From Acholeplasma sp. (GTDB lineage: Bacteria; Bacillota_I; Bacilli_A; Acholeplasmatales; UBA5453): a stretch of 64,000 nt of DNA. Below the pieces are notes generated by a model. The model saw only the letters and a list, made by a program, of their open reading frames with translations, was not told where the DNA came from and did no database searches. Below, in pieces: positions 1 through 10,989 of the stretch. Made by a program: the position numbers and the translations under genes. The DNA lies in assembly GCA_036677365.1 (NCBI GenBank), contig JAVBWN010000012.1, forward strand, positions 32,001-96,000, in the 5' to 3' direction. Position 1 is the stretch's first letter. Each line of letters begins with the position of its first letter.

Positions 1-1
1 A

Positions 2-970
2 AAACCAAATGAGATGAACTATGTTATCATCGATGAGGTTCAAAATGCTACTAATTTTCAGAAAGCAATCGATAGTCTTTATATCAAAGATAATGTAGAT
101 ATTTATATTACGGGTTCAAATGCATTTATGTTGTCAGGTGAATTAGCTACCTTACTATCCGGGCGATATGTCACGATTGAAGTTCTACCTTTATCTTTTA
201 GTGAATATTTATCATCTTTAGATGCTACATATAATATCGATGTGGCTTATCGTGACTATATCAAATGGGGTGGTTTTCCATACGTCACCCAACTGAATAA
301 AAATGAGGCTTCAATTCGACAGTATCTCGAGGGTATTTATAACACCATTTTGAAAAAAGATATCATCATTCGCAACAGAGTATCAGATATTTTTGTACTA
401 GAAGATGTGATTAGATATGTATTTGATAATATTGGTAATATTCTCTCATCCAAAAAAATTAGTGATACACTGACATCAAGCGGTAAAAAAATCTCAAGAC
501 CAACCATTGACACATATTTGGGTTATTTGATTAATGGGTATGCTGTCTACAAAGTACAAAGATATGACATTAAAGGTAAAGAGTATTTGAAATCACTTGA
601 GAAGTATTATGTGACAGATATTGGACTAAGACATTATTTGCTTGGGTTTAGAAACATAGATCATGGACATCTTCTTGAAAATATCGTCTTTCTTGAACTT
701 AAAAGAAGAGGTTTTGAAATTTATATCGGTAAATATGATAACAAAGAAATTGATTTCGTTGCTAAAGACAGCAAGAGGATTATATATATTCAAGTGGTTG
801 AATCCATGAAATCGATCGAGGCTATGGAACGAGAACTTTCACCCCTTAAAATGATTAGAGACTATAATCCAAGGGTTGTTTTGACAAGAGATTATGATTT
901 AAATGCCTCCTATGATGGAATTCAAGTATTGAATGTTCTAGAATGGCTAACAAACGAAATAGATTTTTAA
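2..970 (+). CDS. AAA-family ATPase with C-terminal DUF4143-type domain, 5'-truncated by the window edge
   Basis: Walker B IIDEVQ, ITGSNA, LSGR, GGFP, KYYVTDIGLR, LENIVFLEL, EIDFV. The frame is open to the window start and Walker A lies upstream. Confidence 0.85.
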   Translation, partial: KPNEMNYVIIDEVQNATNFQKAIDSLYIKDNVDIYITGSNAFMLSGELATLLSGRYVTIEVLPLSFSEYLSSLDATYNIDVAYRDYIKWGGFPYVTQLNKNEASIRQYLEGIYNTILKKDIIIRNRVSDIFVLEDVIRYVFDNIGNILSSKKISDTLTSSGKKISRPTIDTYLGYLINGYAVYKVQRYDIKGKEYLKSLEKYYVTDIGLRHYLLGFRNIDHGHLLENIVFLELKRRGFEIYIGKYDNKEIDFVAKDSKRIIYIQVVESMKSIEAMERELSPLKMIRDYNPRVVLTRDYDLNASYDGIQVLNVLEWLTNEIDF

Positions 971-990
971 TGATTCGTTCATGAAATAGT

Positions 991-1031
991 AACCCTTTTG
1001 ACATACTGAGCTGTCAAAAGGGTTTTTGTTT
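991..1031 (+). terminator. Intrinsic terminator
   Basis: AACCCTTTTGACA / TGTCAAAAGGGTT 13-bp stem followed by TTTGTTT. Confidence 0.85.
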
Positions 1032-1208
1032 ATAAAAAAATGATTAATCACAAGCAACATAACATCGCTAGGATTGAATATACAAAATTAATCGATAACA
1101 ACATGTAAAGTTAATTTAGACCTGTTTTATTTGTATTATAGGTGTTATAATTATAAATATAATAATACGATGTAGTTGTAAAAACTAAAGTATGGAAAGG
1201 TTATATTT

Positions 1209-2822
1209 ATGAAGAAAATCTTTGTAGTATTCATGTTCTTCTTATTCACCATGAGTGGATGTCAAGCAGCAACCATGTATCACGCCAATGAACTTCAAAA
1301 GAAATTGGATGCTTTTCAAGAAAACCACAATCAGTTTTCGTTTGAACTGAACACCCATATGCAAGTCACATACGACAAAATGACAACAACAGATAAACAA
1401 ACATTTCAAGGTAGATTCCAACCAGATATCGAATACTTTGAAATGACGAGTGGTGATATAACCACAGTAGAACAAGTCAAAGGGAACGAGCTATATCGAT
1501 ATAGTATCCATAAAAATGATATGGTGAATGGCGTACAATTCTATACATTAGAAAAAGTCTTTTACAACGAAGATGAAGCATATGTCTCACCCATGGTTGA
1601 AACCAAAATAGACATCCGTGGTATTCAGATTACCAATGAGGATGGTATTTATGTTATTAAAGGCAAAGTATCTGATTTTTTACCGAAAGAAACCTATGAA
1701 GAAATTAAAACTTTATATGAAGAGGCAGATTTAGATATTCGCGTATTGGAAAAATCACCGATTACCATCGAAATTGAGTTTCAGGATGAATCCATGAATC
1801 AAAAGATGACCATGGAGCTAGATATGGATGACATCAGTTTGACTATTAGTGTGGATCTCCATATCGTTTACGCTACATTTTCAATCATCGATTTTAGCAA
1901 TACCAATAAATATATTCAAAGTAATTCTAGAGAACCACTAGAAATATCACTCAATAAACCCATCTATTATAAGTCTCAAAACCCAGGAAAAGGGGTATAT
2001 ACCGCTTATTTTGAGGTAGGCAAATACGCAGTTCAATCCAATGTGTTTGGTGTTTCTAATATGATTGAATATGACATATATGATGGCAACAATCTCAACA
2101 GTTTACGTGTTTTAAACAACAGCGACAATCATCTTAGACGTTTATTTGAGGTAAAGAAAGCGGGTTACTATACATTTGAAATGAATTATGAAATAGCAAA
2201 TTTTACCTATGAAACGAGAATCCGCAAATTATACTATGAAACCGATGGTTTCGAAGAAATCTCTTACAGTATTTCTGAATCCACTTCAATAAACTATGCT
2301 ATAGAGCATGAATATGACATTATTTCAATAGAGTTGAAAACATCGGAAAGAACGATGATTCTCTTTGATAACAATCAATTGGTCGACTATAGATTTGCTT
2401 CTCAAGGTAGTTTTGAAAAGTATTTTTATCTTCATAACGCGACTAGAACAGTTTATATGTATAGACCTCTTGGCGCAGTTCAAGGGTTACTCAACATTAA
2501 ATACGTCGCCCTCGATGCCCATGGTAGAACTTACAATGACCCACAAATGAAAACCATGAATGATCAATTCTCATTGCCTATAGTGCCTGAAGAAGCACAC
2601 ATGATGAAAATCGTAGTCAATGAAACACAAACATTTAAAGTTGAATTTGATATTTGGCTAGGATATAAAGATTGGATTGTGTATGACATTGTCTATGGGA
2701 CTACAAACGCCAAAGTTTCCATTTACAATGATCAAGTGACATTAACGCCGGGCACTTATTATTTTAAACCAAATTTAGATGATCAATTGGTTTATAGGGT
2801 TCGCATGGTTCCAATCAACTAA
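1209..2822 (+). CDS. Hypothetical lipoprotein
   Basis: MKK, hydrophobic stretch and MSGC lipobox; 537 aa; resembles 10990..12678. Confidence 0.75.
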   Translation: MKKIFVVFMFFLFTMSGCQAATMYHANELQKKLDAFQENHNQFSFELNTHMQVTYDKMTTTDKQTFQGRFQPDIEYFEMTSGDITTVEQVKGNELYRYSIHKNDMVNGVQFYTLEKVFYNEDEAYVSPMVETKIDIRGIQITNEDGIYVIKGKVSDFLPKETYEEIKTLYEEADLDIRVLEKSPITIEIEFQDESMNQKMTMELDMDDISLTISVDLHIVYATFSIIDFSNTNKYIQSNSREPLEISLNKPIYYKSQNPGKGVYTAYFEVGKYAVQSNVFGVSNMIEYDIYDGNNLNSLRVLNNSDNHLRRLFEVKKAGYYTFEMNYEIANFTYETRIRKLYYETDGFEEISYSISESTSINYAIEHEYDIISIELKTSERTMILFDNNQLVDYRFASQGSFEKYFYLHNATRTVYMYRPLGAVQGLLNIKYVALDAHGRTYNDPQMKTMNDQFSLPIVPEEAHMMKIVVNETQTFKVEFDIWLGYKDWIVYDIVYGTTNAKVSIYNDQVTLTPGTYYFKPNLDDQLVYRVRMVPIN

Positions 2823-2826
2823 AACA

Positions 2827-2855
2827 AAGCCCACATTCTCGTTGAATGTGGGCTT
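2827..2855. terminator. Probable bidirectional terminator
   Basis: AAGCCCACATTC / GAATGTGGGCTT 12-bp stem between convergent genes. Confidence 0.8.
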
Positions 2856-2860
2856 ATATA

Positions 2861-3046
2861 TTAACTGAATAGGATGAGAACAACAATCACTGCAAAAACA
2901 AACAATAAACCGAGTATCGTACCAGTCCAAGAACTGCGTTTCATTTTTTCAGAACCTTCGATGCCATCTTTTTGATCGGCGTCGCTATTATCCCAAAGCT
3001 GACGCATTTGTACATTGTCTTGACGGTTGATTTTCAATGAAATCAT
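2861..3046 (-). CDS. Small membrane protein
   Basis: Single C-terminal hydrophobic helix. AAGGAG spacing favours a TTG start at 3037. Confidence 0.6.
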   Translation of the reverse strand: MISLKINRQDNVQMRQLWDNSDADQKDGIEGSEKMKRSSWTGTILGLLFVFAVIVVLILFS

Positions 3047-3089
3047 CTCCTTAGTTTTCTAAGGTTATTATATCATGAATATATAAAAA

Positions 3090-3662
3090 TTACAAAGAAT
3101 TATTTTGAATCATTCTGATAAAGCATTCATGAACCGTTGTATCATGTGTGAGTTCAGGGTGGAATGCAGTGACGAGCATGTTGTTTTGTCTTCCCGCAAT
3201 CACCTTCCCTTGATAAGATGCTAAAACTTCAAAATCCTTACCATATTGATCGATATAGGGTGCTCGAATGAATACCATTGGAATGACTTTACCATCAAAG
3301 GTATGGTCAATTTGAAAACTCCCCAGTTGACGACCATAAGCATTTCGTTTGGTATGGACATTAAGTAATCCAAAATGAGATGTAGAATGATCATCAATCG
3401 ATTTTGACAACAATATTAATCCAGCACAGGTACCAAATACCGGTAACCCTAGCTGGATTTTTTCTTTGATAGGTTCATATAGCTTTAAGTCTTTTAATAA
3501 TTTACCCATGGCGGTGGATTCTCCCCCCGGCAGAATCAAACCGTCCATGGGGCCTTGCAAGTCAGTTAAGTTTCGGATTTGAAAGGATGAAACTCCCAAT
3601 TTATCCAACATCTGTTGGTGCTCAATGAAAGCCCCTTGTAAAGCCAGTACACCAATCCTCAT
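3090..3662 (-). CDS. pdxT: Pyridoxal 5'-phosphate synthase glutaminase subunit
   Basis: GVLALQGAFIEH, PGGEST, GTCAG, FIRAP, FHPE; overlaps the pdxS stop. Confidence 0.97.
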   Translation of the reverse strand: MRIGVLALQGAFIEHQQMLDKLGVSSFQIRNLTDLQGPMDGLILPGGESTAMGKLLKDLKLYEPIKEKIQLGLPVFGTCAGLILLSKSIDDHSTSHFGLLNVHTKRNAYGRQLGSFQIDHTFDGKVIPMVFIRAPYIDQYGKDFEVLASYQGKVIAGRQNNMLVTAFHPELTHDTTVHECFIRMIQNNSL

Positions 3663-4537
3663 TACTTGCCTCGTTCAGCCATCAATAAAGCAATCTCAGA
3701 TTCATTGATGCCAACCATGGCTTCGCCTAAATCTGTGGAGATTTCGGCCAATATTTTCGGATTGTTATAGTTTGTCACCGCTTTGACAATCGCTTGAGCA
3801 CGTTTTTCTGGGTTACCAGATTTAAATATACCAGAACCCACGAACACACCTTCCGCACCCAGCTGCATCATCAGTGCAGCGTCCGCTGGGGTTGCGACGC
3901 CACCCGCTGCGAACTGAACGACTGGGAGCTTGCCATGTTCGTGAACATATTCGATTAAGTCTAAAGAGACCCCTAAGTCTTTTTGTAACACATAGAGTTC
4001 ATCTTTTTTTAAAGATTGGATGCGTCTGATTTCTTTTTGAATTTCACGCATGTGTCTCACCGCTTGAATGACATCCCCTGTCCCAGGTTCGCCTTTGGTA
4101 CGAATCATTGAAGCCCCTTCACTGATGCGTCTTAAGGCTTCACCTAAGTTCTTAGCCCCACAGACAAAGGGTACTTGAAATGCTTTTTTATCGATATGGT
4201 GAACATCATCTGCTGGAGACAATACTTCAGATTCATCGATGTAGTCGATTTCTAAAGCTTCTAAGATTTGCGCTTCAACGAAGTGTCCAATGCGAACTTT
4301 CGCCATCACTGGAATTGTCACAGCATCTTGGATTTCTTTAATCAATTTAGGGTCACTCATTCTAGAAACCCCACCCACAGCACGAATATCGGCTGGGATC
4401 CTTTCTAACGCCATCACAGCGACAGCCCCTGCTTTTTCAGCTATTTTGGCTTGTTCAGCATTCATGACATCCATGATGACGCCACCTTTTAACATTTGTG
4501 CGAGTGCTTTATTGAGTACATAACGATCATTTGACAT
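3662..4537 (-). CDS. pdxS: Pyridoxal 5'-phosphate synthase lyase subunit
   Basis: [48 protein letters not shown]. Confidence 0.98.
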   Translation of the reverse strand: MSNDRYVLNKALAQMLKGGVIMDVMNAEQAKIAEKAGAVAVMALERIPADIRAVGGVSRMSDPKLIKEIQDAVTIPVMAKVRIGHFVEAQILEALEIDYIDESEVLSPADDVHHIDKKAFQVPFVCGAKNLGEALRRISEGASMIRTKGEPGTGDVIQAVRHMREIQKEIRRIQSLKKDELYVLQKDLGVSLDLIEYVHEHGKLPVVQFAAGGVATPADAALMMQLGAEGVFVGSGIFKSGNPEKRAQAIVKAVTNYNNPKILAEISTDLGEAMVGINESEIALLMAERGK

Positions 4538-4558
4538 AATGATACCTCCATAGGTTGT

Positions 4559-4627
4559 ATACCAAATATTTTAAATGGAAAACTGGTATAATAAAATAAC
4601 CAGTAATGAGGATAATTACCATACCAG
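4559..4627. promoter_or_regulatory. Putative MocR/PdxR operator repeats in the divergent promoter
   Basis: ATACCA at 4559 and 4621, TGGTAT at 4584, ACTGGT/ACCAGT inverted pair 4582-4604 around TATAAT. Confidence 0.55.
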
Positions 4628-4638
4628 ATGGAGGATAT

Positions 4639-6000
4639 ATGAAAACAAAATCACAATCCATATATGAAGAATTGAAACGATTGATCTTAGAAGGCAAATA
4701 CAAGCCAAATGAAAAACTACCTTCAAAAAGAAAACTGTCATACGCTTCTCAAGTCTCAATATTTACAATTCAAAATGCTTATGACCAACTTTTAATGGAA
4801 GGGTACATCTACACCAAAGAAAAGGTGGGTTATTTTGTGAGTGAGGGCATCACACCGATTCAAATGAAAACAACCCAACCCATCTATAAACCAGAGATTC
4901 TACCACAATCCAAATATGATATATCCTTTAAGACGAATGTGGTCGATAATGTTTTATTCCCACTAAACACCTGGACCAAACTGTCTAGAGAAGTCCTTTC
5001 ATCGAGCATTTATCCTTTGATGAATATCACACCACCTGAAGGTGTGTTAGAACTGAGAATGGAAATCGTGAAGTATTTAGAAATCTATCGTCACATCAAA
5101 GTTAAACCAGAACAAATCATTTTGGGTTCTGGGTCACAACCCCTCCTCAATTTATTGGTAGAACTATTAGGCAGACACCATACGTATGCTTTAGAAAACC
5201 CAGGGTACCCAAGAATTTATCAAACATTGAAGGGTTTAGGTGTTTCTATTAAACCCATTCAGATGGATGAGGCTGGTGTGAAGATAGAGGATTTACAATC
5301 ATCATCAGCTTCAGTCCTCCACATCACCCCAGCCCATCAGTTCCCCACAGGCATTGTGATGCCAATCCAAAGACGTTTAGCTTTATTACAGTGGGTGATG
5401 ATGGGGGATAGATATATCATTGAAGATGACTACGACAGTGAATTTAGATTTGGTGGGTCTCCAGTATCGACCATTTTTGGATTAACCAAAGAACCCAAGG
5501 TGATTTACATGAATTCCTTTACCAAGAGTTTAGGACCTGCTTTTAAGATGGGTTATATCGTTTTACCGTTAGAATTATTACCCAAATATCAAGAAATCAA
5601 AAGCCATCACAGTTGTACTGTACCAAACTTTGAGCAGTATATTTTATATAAATTCATGAATGAAGGCCATTTTGACCGACATTTGAATCGAACCAGACTC
5701 ATCTATCAGAAAAAACTCCAAATCATTCAGTCTGTGATTAAAGCGTATCCAATGCTTGAAATGAAAGGGAATGAAGCAGGACTTCATTTCATTTTGAAGG
5801 TCCATACGAAGATGTCTGAATCTGATTTGGTTCAAGCCTTAAGAACACACAAAATCGATATTAAAGGACTTCATGAGTTTGATATTGAATCCACAGAAGC
5901 TAAAACACCCTGCTTGGTTATTGGGTATTCAGGCATCCCATTAGATGATATTGAATCTACCTTTCAAACCCTATTCAAGTGGATTATTAGTATCCAATAA
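4639..6000 (+). CDS. pdxR: MocR/GabR-family GntR regulator with PLP-dependent aminotransferase-like domain (PdxR-like)
   Basis: wHTH LPSKRKLS...AYDQLLMEGYI; TPAHQFPTG, IIEDDYDSEF, SFTK; divergent from pdxST; GGAGG precedes ATG 4639. Confidence 0.85.
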   Translation: MKTKSQSIYEELKRLILEGKYKPNEKLPSKRKLSYASQVSIFTIQNAYDQLLMEGYIYTKEKVGYFVSEGITPIQMKTTQPIYKPEILPQSKYDISFKTNVVDNVLFPLNTWTKLSREVLSSSIYPLMNITPPEGVLELRMEIVKYLEIYRHIKVKPEQIILGSGSQPLLNLLVELLGRHHTYALENPGYPRIYQTLKGLGVSIKPIQMDEAGVKIEDLQSSSASVLHITPAHQFPTGIVMPIQRRLALLQWVMMGDRYIIEDDYDSEFRFGGSPVSTIFGLTKEPKVIYMNSFTKSLGPAFKMGYIVLPLELLPKYQEIKSHHSCTVPNFEQYILYKFMNEGHFDRHLNRTRLIYQKKLQIIQSVIKAYPMLEMKGNEAGLHFILKVHTKMSESDLVQALRTHKIDIKGLHEFDIESTEAKTPCLVIGYSGIPLDDIESTFQTLFKWIISIQ

Positions 6001-6099
6001 AGTCCAAAGCCTCTATTTATAAATCTTTTGGAAGGAAACAAAACGGCAACAACTTTCCTATGATATACTGAAGTATGCAGTAAAATATGGAGGTTTTTC

Positions 6100-8814
6100 A
6101 TGTTTAAAAAGAGATGGCTCATGGTTTTAATCCTTACATTGCTTTTACTTTCAGGGTGTAAACCCAAATCCAACATACCAGAGGATGAGGATGAAGTCTT
6201 ACCAAAGTCAATCGAATCGATTAACGGCTTAGAAGACATCACCATCACTCAAAATCAATACTTTCACCCACTACAAGGGGTAGAAGTGCTCAATGAACAA
6301 GACGAAAACATTTCGTATTTGTTTGAAGTGACTGGCCATGTGAACTATGGTAAACTCGGTGAACAAACCTTGTCTTATAAGCTTAATTATGGCGATGAAT
6401 CGATCGATAAAACCCGTAAAGTCACTGTGGTTGCGGGAACGATCACAAGACCAAGTGTCAGTAGAAATCAGTTATCACAACCTCAAGTGAATTTAGAAGC
6501 GGGTTCATATAGAGTGGGTACCGCTGCTGAACTCACCCACCCAGTCAATCCTCAATTCATTAACCCAGAACTGTTAAACCAAGCTGTACCTTCTAATGGT
6601 TGGTGGACATCTTTACTCGTTCAAAACTATGGCGGCAGTAATGGGATTTATACGAATCCTCTCAGAAGTTCTTTTTCGAATTTAGGGGCAGAAATCACGA
6701 ACCCGGGTGCTGGTTTTGTTCAATACTGGAACCCAGGTGGATTCAACACCATGGCGAATTTCTCCTTGGTATTACCAGACATGTATTTAAAGACATCCTC
6801 ACTCAATGAAGGGTATCAAACCTATGTGGTGGATTACTCACAATCCTCTGTCAGTGTCGCGATGCGCAATGTCTCACAACCACAAGACCATATGGTACTG
6901 ACCTATAATCAAGGTTCTCCTTATGTATTCGCGGAAGTGATGAATAACAGTAACCCTTATATCAATGTCGTTCCAGCAGGGGCGTCAGGGATTGAATTCT
7001 ATAACCTCGATGGACAAGCAGTGACTGGCACACACCATGGGGATGCATTGATTGTAAAATATGCTCAAAAGCACATTGGCTATCAAACCAGTCGTCCAGC
7101 CCAAGTGGGACAACCCATCTTTGGTGATCGTTTCTTCTTAATCTCCACCACCGAAGGCAGTAGTTTTTCAATCACCAACAACCGAATCAATTTAAGCTTA
7201 AGTGATAACTATTTCACAGTCGCTGCGATACAAAGTCTATCCGAAGCACAGTTTTATCATGACCACGCCTTTGTTAAATCGATTAAAGGTGAAGTCACGT
7301 ATGAAGTGAATCATAAGACTTCCGTGGTTGAAACGACGTATCATAACGCGGTTCAGTATATTCAAGACGATTCAGACAAGTCCGTTCAATTCTTATTACC
7401 ACACCACTATTTAAACAGCGATGTGGAAATACTCGATTATGAGTTTGAAACGGTTCGTGGTAAACTCAAACTCATTGAAGGCAATACCTTTAAAACACAG
7501 TTATCCTTTTATGGTTTATTACCAGCGATGACCAAACCAACCAATGGTGAATTCAGTAAAGATACCATGAACGATTATTTGGCTGATTTAAGCCAAAGAA
7601 CACTGGTCTCTGATAAAGATAACTTCTTAAATGATGAAGGCCCGTATTGGAACAGTAAAGCCATTTATCCACTGGCTCAAGGGATCATCATTGCCGACCA
7701 AATCGGCAATGATTCGATGAAAGACGATTTAATCTTAAGATTACGATATGTCTTATCCGATTGGTATACCTACTCAGGGTCTACAGATAAACGTTATTTA
7801 AACTACAACGAGCGTTGGGGCAGTGTGTATTATTCTAATAATGACTTTAATACCGCGAGTGAATTATCAGACCACGCGTTCACGCATGGCTATCTGATTT
7901 ACGCGTCTGCGGTATTAGCGATGTATGATCAATCCTTCGTTACCGACTTTGGTGGTGTGGTGGACACACTGCTTGCTGATTATATGACACCGACCAAAGG
8001 CGATTATCATTATGCCTATTTAAGATCCTTTGACACTTGGGCAGGTCATACATGGGCTCATGGGTTCGGGACCTTCGCAGAAGGGAACAACATCGAATCC
8101 TCGAGTGAAGCGATTCAATCTTGGGTCGGTGGTTATTTATGGGCTTTACAAAAAGGCGATAAAGAACTTAGAGACGCTGCAATCTACGGTTTTGTGCATG
8201 AGTTATCGAGTGCGAAAACCTATATGTTTGATTATGAAGGCGTCGTCTTTAAAGACAACTATAAACAATACGCCGCAGTCGCTGGTATGATCTGGGGCGG
8301 TAAGTACGATTACGCTACTTGGTTTGGTGCGAACCCAACCTTTATATACGGGATTCAGTGGTTGCCAAACGGTGAGTATATTTCAAACTATGCTGTAACA
8401 CCAGAAGAAAAGACCAAACTCAATACGATTTATCAAACGTATATGTCCGCTAAAAATAATACTTTAGATACTTGGTTCGCCAACATGTGGAGCATTCAAG
8501 CGTTGATCAATCCATCACTCGCCATTTCACAATTTGACGCCAATAAGATACTCAATGACGATTATCCAAGTGATCTATCTCAAACCTATTATTTAATCCA
8601 TGGGCTACAAACCTATGGTACGAGAAGTAGTGATTACATCATGGAAATCCATAAGCGTGTATCCTCATCCATCTATACCAAGGATGGCAGTGTATATGCC
8701 TTAGTATGGAACCCATCGGATAGTACTCAAACCATTGTATTCCATGGACCGAATGATTCGAGTATCACCAAAACGGTTAAAGCCAATACATTTGTTTCCA
8801 TTAAGCTAAAATAG
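6100..8814 (+). CDS. GH81 endo-1,3-beta-glucanase lipoprotein with N-terminal Ig-like domain
   Basis: Lipobox LSGC; PSNGWW, SDHAFTHGY, GHTWAHG, NIESSSEA, YGIQWLP match GH81 motifs. Confidence 0.85.
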   Translation: MFKKRWLMVLILTLLLLSGCKPKSNIPEDEDEVLPKSIESINGLEDITITQNQYFHPLQGVEVLNEQDENISYLFEVTGHVNYGKLGEQTLSYKLNYGDESIDKTRKVTVVAGTITRPSVSRNQLSQPQVNLEAGSYRVGTAAELTHPVNPQFINPELLNQAVPSNGWWTSLLVQNYGGSNGIYTNPLRSSFSNLGAEITNPGAGFVQYWNPGGFNTMANFSLVLPDMYLKTSSLNEGYQTYVVDYSQSSVSVAMRNVSQPQDHMVLTYNQGSPYVFAEVMNNSNPYINVVPAGASGIEFYNLDGQAVTGTHHGDALIVKYAQKHIGYQTSRPAQVGQPIFGDRFFLISTTEGSSFSITNNRINLSLSDNYFTVAAIQSLSEAQFYHDHAFVKSIKGEVTYEVNHKTSVVETTYHNAVQYIQDDSDKSVQFLLPHHYLNSDVEILDYEFETVRGKLKLIEGNTFKTQLSFYGLLPAMTKPTNGEFSKDTMNDYLADLSQRTLVSDKDNFLNDEGPYWNSKAIYPLAQGIIIADQIGNDSMKDDLILRLRYVLSDWYTYSGSTDKRYLNYNERWGSVYYSNNDFNTASELSDHAFTHGYLIYASAVLAMYDQSFVTDFGGVVDTLLADYMTPTKGDYHYAYLRSFDTWAGHTWAHGFGTFAEGNNIESSSEAIQSWVGGYLWALQKGDKELRDAAIYGFVHELSSAKTYMFDYEGVVFKDNYKQYAAVAGMIWGGKYDYATWFGANPTFIYGIQWLPNGEYISNYAVTPEEKTKLNTIYQTYMSAKNNTLDTWFANMWSIQALINPSLAISQFDANKILNDDYPSDLSQTYYLIHGLQTYGTRSSDYIMEIHKRVSSSIYTKDGSVYALVWNPSDSTQTIVFHGPNDSSITKTVKANTFVSIKLK

Positions 8815-8847
8815 TATTACAATAGCATTAAAGAGGTAACCATTCAA

Positions 8848-9474
8848 ATGACATCGAACAAATTCAAAAGCATCGCGCTTTATGCTGGTATTTTAGGTTT
8901 TATGGCTTATGTGCTACACGATATCTTAGGAAGTATACTATACGATGGCTATAACCCTTTATCTCAAGCGGTGAGTGATTTAAGTGCTCTGGATTCTCCT
9001 GTGAGATTCATCACCATCCCCTTATCCATGTTGTATGGGTTATGTAGCGTCATAGTGATGCTCACGGTGGTTTATATATTACACAAACACCCATCTAAAA
9101 CATTGAAACAAGCGATATTTAGTTTCTTAGGGATGCACCTCATATCGTTTGTTGGGTATGGTTTGTTTCCGTTATCCGAATCAGGACAACCAACTACCTT
9201 CACAGACATCATGCACATCTACGTAGTTACGATACCTGTTGTATTGTTGTCCATCTATGCTTTGGTTTGTTTCATCCTTTTTGGACATAAAAACAAAACA
9301 CATACTGAGTTGAAGTATGTATCTGCATTTTTCCTATGGATGATGTTTCTTGGTGCGATGTTATCGAATCTAGTACACCCGAGTATATTTGGTGTATTTG
9401 AACGATTCAGTACTTACAGTGCTGTGCTATTCACAGCGTATTTAGGCATCTACGTGAAACACAAAATGATATAA
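8848..9474 (+). CDS. DUF998-like membrane protein
   Basis: GYNPLSQAVSDLSA, several TM helices, MH, GVFERF. Confidence 0.75.
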   Translation: MTSNKFKSIALYAGILGFMAYVLHDILGSILYDGYNPLSQAVSDLSALDSPVRFITIPLSMLYGLCSVIVMLTVVYILHKHPSKTLKQAIFSFLGMHLISFVGYGLFPLSESGQPTTFTDIMHIYVVTIPVVLLSIYALVCFILFGHKNKTHTELKYVSAFFLWMMFLGAMLSNLVHPSIFGVFERFSTYSAVLFTAYLGIYVKHKMI

Positions 9475-9490
9475 ACAACTTAATCCTTTT

Positions 9491-9526
9491 GACACCTACA
9501 AGTGGACCCTTGCAGGTGTTTTATTT
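9491..9526 (+). terminator. Intrinsic terminator
   Basis: GACACCTACAAG / CTTGCAGGTGTT stem with one mismatch, then TTATTT. Confidence 0.7.
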
Positions 9527-9714
9527 CGTCCTAAAGCCATTTCGAGTTTTGATTAACTTAGTCTCATAAGTATTTGTAAACATTATCAAACCATTCAACC
9601 AAAGTACTGGTAAAAAAAATCTAAAAATTAATCTATTGTTTTTTTCTAATGGTGTTATAATGATTGTGTAACTTATCGCATGGTTTGAATCATTTTTTTA
9701 GGAGGATTCAACAG

Positions 9715-10410
9715 ATGAAGAAATGGATGATGTTGATAATACTATTCGGTATGATGACGCTTTCTGGTTGTATCCGAAGTGATTTTTCAAAATCAAAAAA
9801 ATACTTCGTTCATGTCTACTATTATGAAGACGTGATGTCTAGACCTTACACAGTGTATGAGAACGAAACGCTAGAAGAAGCGTTAAGAATCCCTAACAAA
9901 CCATTTCATCGATTCTTATATTGGGAAACACCAGCAGGAGAAAAATATTACCCAGAAGATACCATCCATCAAAATCTATTCTTGACACCAATTTATGAAG
10001 AAATTCTTCATTTAGTGACATTTGAAACCAATGGTGGTACACCCATAGAACAAGTATGGGCCAGGGAAGGTACTTTTTATGAACCCCCTACACCTACCAA
10101 AGAAGACTACGTGTTTTACCGCTGGTGTACAGATATACACTTAAACCATGCATATCAGCCTTATGAACCATTAAAGTCATCTGTGACTCTATATGCTCAT
10201 TGGGTTAGACGTAATTACATCATCACTTTCTATTTTTCTGAAATAGTGTATTATGTATATTCAGCAAATTCAACTCAACCTTTTCCAATCATAGATACAA
10301 GCCGTTATAATAATTTCTCTTATTGGTATGAAAAAGATCCAAATGTACCATTTGTCATCCCAGAAACCATGATTAAAAGAGACATTGTTTTGTATGCGAA
10401 ATATAATTAA
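9715..10410 (+). CDS. InlB B-repeat (Listeria-Bacteroides repeat) lipoprotein
   Basis: Lipobox LSGC; VTFETNGG...PTKEDYVFYRW...TLYAHW; GGAGG precedes ATG 9715. Confidence 0.85.
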   Translation: MKKWMMLIILFGMMTLSGCIRSDFSKSKKYFVHVYYYEDVMSRPYTVYENETLEEALRIPNKPFHRFLYWETPAGEKYYPEDTIHQNLFLTPIYEEILHLVTFETNGGTPIEQVWAREGTFYEPPTPTKEDYVFYRWCTDIHLNHAYQPYEPLKSSVTLYAHWVRRNYIITFYFSEIVYYVYSANSTQPFPIIDTSRYNNFSYWYEKDPNVPFVIPETMIKRDIVLYAKYN

Positions 10411-10433
10411 TAACAAAGAAAGAAGGTAATAAA

Positions 10434-10961
10434 ATGAAAAAAGTGTTTGTTCTATTTGTTTTACTCAATTTGGGATTTCTATTGATGGGTTGTCAAACCA
10501 ATGTAGACAATGAACCAGATCCTTCTGAAATGGTCAAAATATCAATTTTTTTACCAAACGATCAATATAAGGCTTCATTATCTTATCAAGTACCTAAAGA
10601 TGTTCGTTTCCTACCACTGATACCAACCACTGAAATCGAAGGCTACACTTTTGTTGGCTATGAAGATTACCGAGGTTATCCAATCACAGAATACACTACC
10701 TCAAGTGATACGATGGCCATTTACGCGATTTATACGGTCAATGAACATACCTTATACTTTCATGTGAATGGTGGTGTAGAGATATCACCAATGACTTTTA
10801 AATACAGTGAAACCATTGAAACCAATGATTTTATTCCAACCAAAGAAAACCACACGTTTCTAGGGTGGTTTAAAGATGAGACACTGACTCAACCAATCGG
10901 TATATTCTTCGCAGAAGACAAGGATGTCCACATCTATGCGAAGTGGACATTAAACGAGTAA
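10434..10961 (+). CDS. InlB B-repeat lipoprotein
   Basis: Lipobox LMGC; FHVNGG...PTKENHTFLGWF...IYAKW. Confidence 0.85.
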   Translation: MKKVFVLFVLLNLGFLLMGCQTNVDNEPDPSEMVKISIFLPNDQYKASLSYQVPKDVRFLPLIPTTEIEGYTFVGYEDYRGYPITEYTTSSDTMAIYAIYTVNEHTLYFHVNGGVEISPMTFKYSETIETNDFIPTKENHTFLGWFKDETLTQPIGIFFAEDKDVHIYAKWTLNE

Positions 10962-10989
10962 AAATCAGACATCGAAAGAAGGCAAGATA

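Noticed and set aside
9611..9700. Homopolymer A/T tracts upstream of the lipoprotein array as a phase-variation switch
   Set aside because: The runs are only 7-8 nt, which is expected in AT-rich intergenic DNA.
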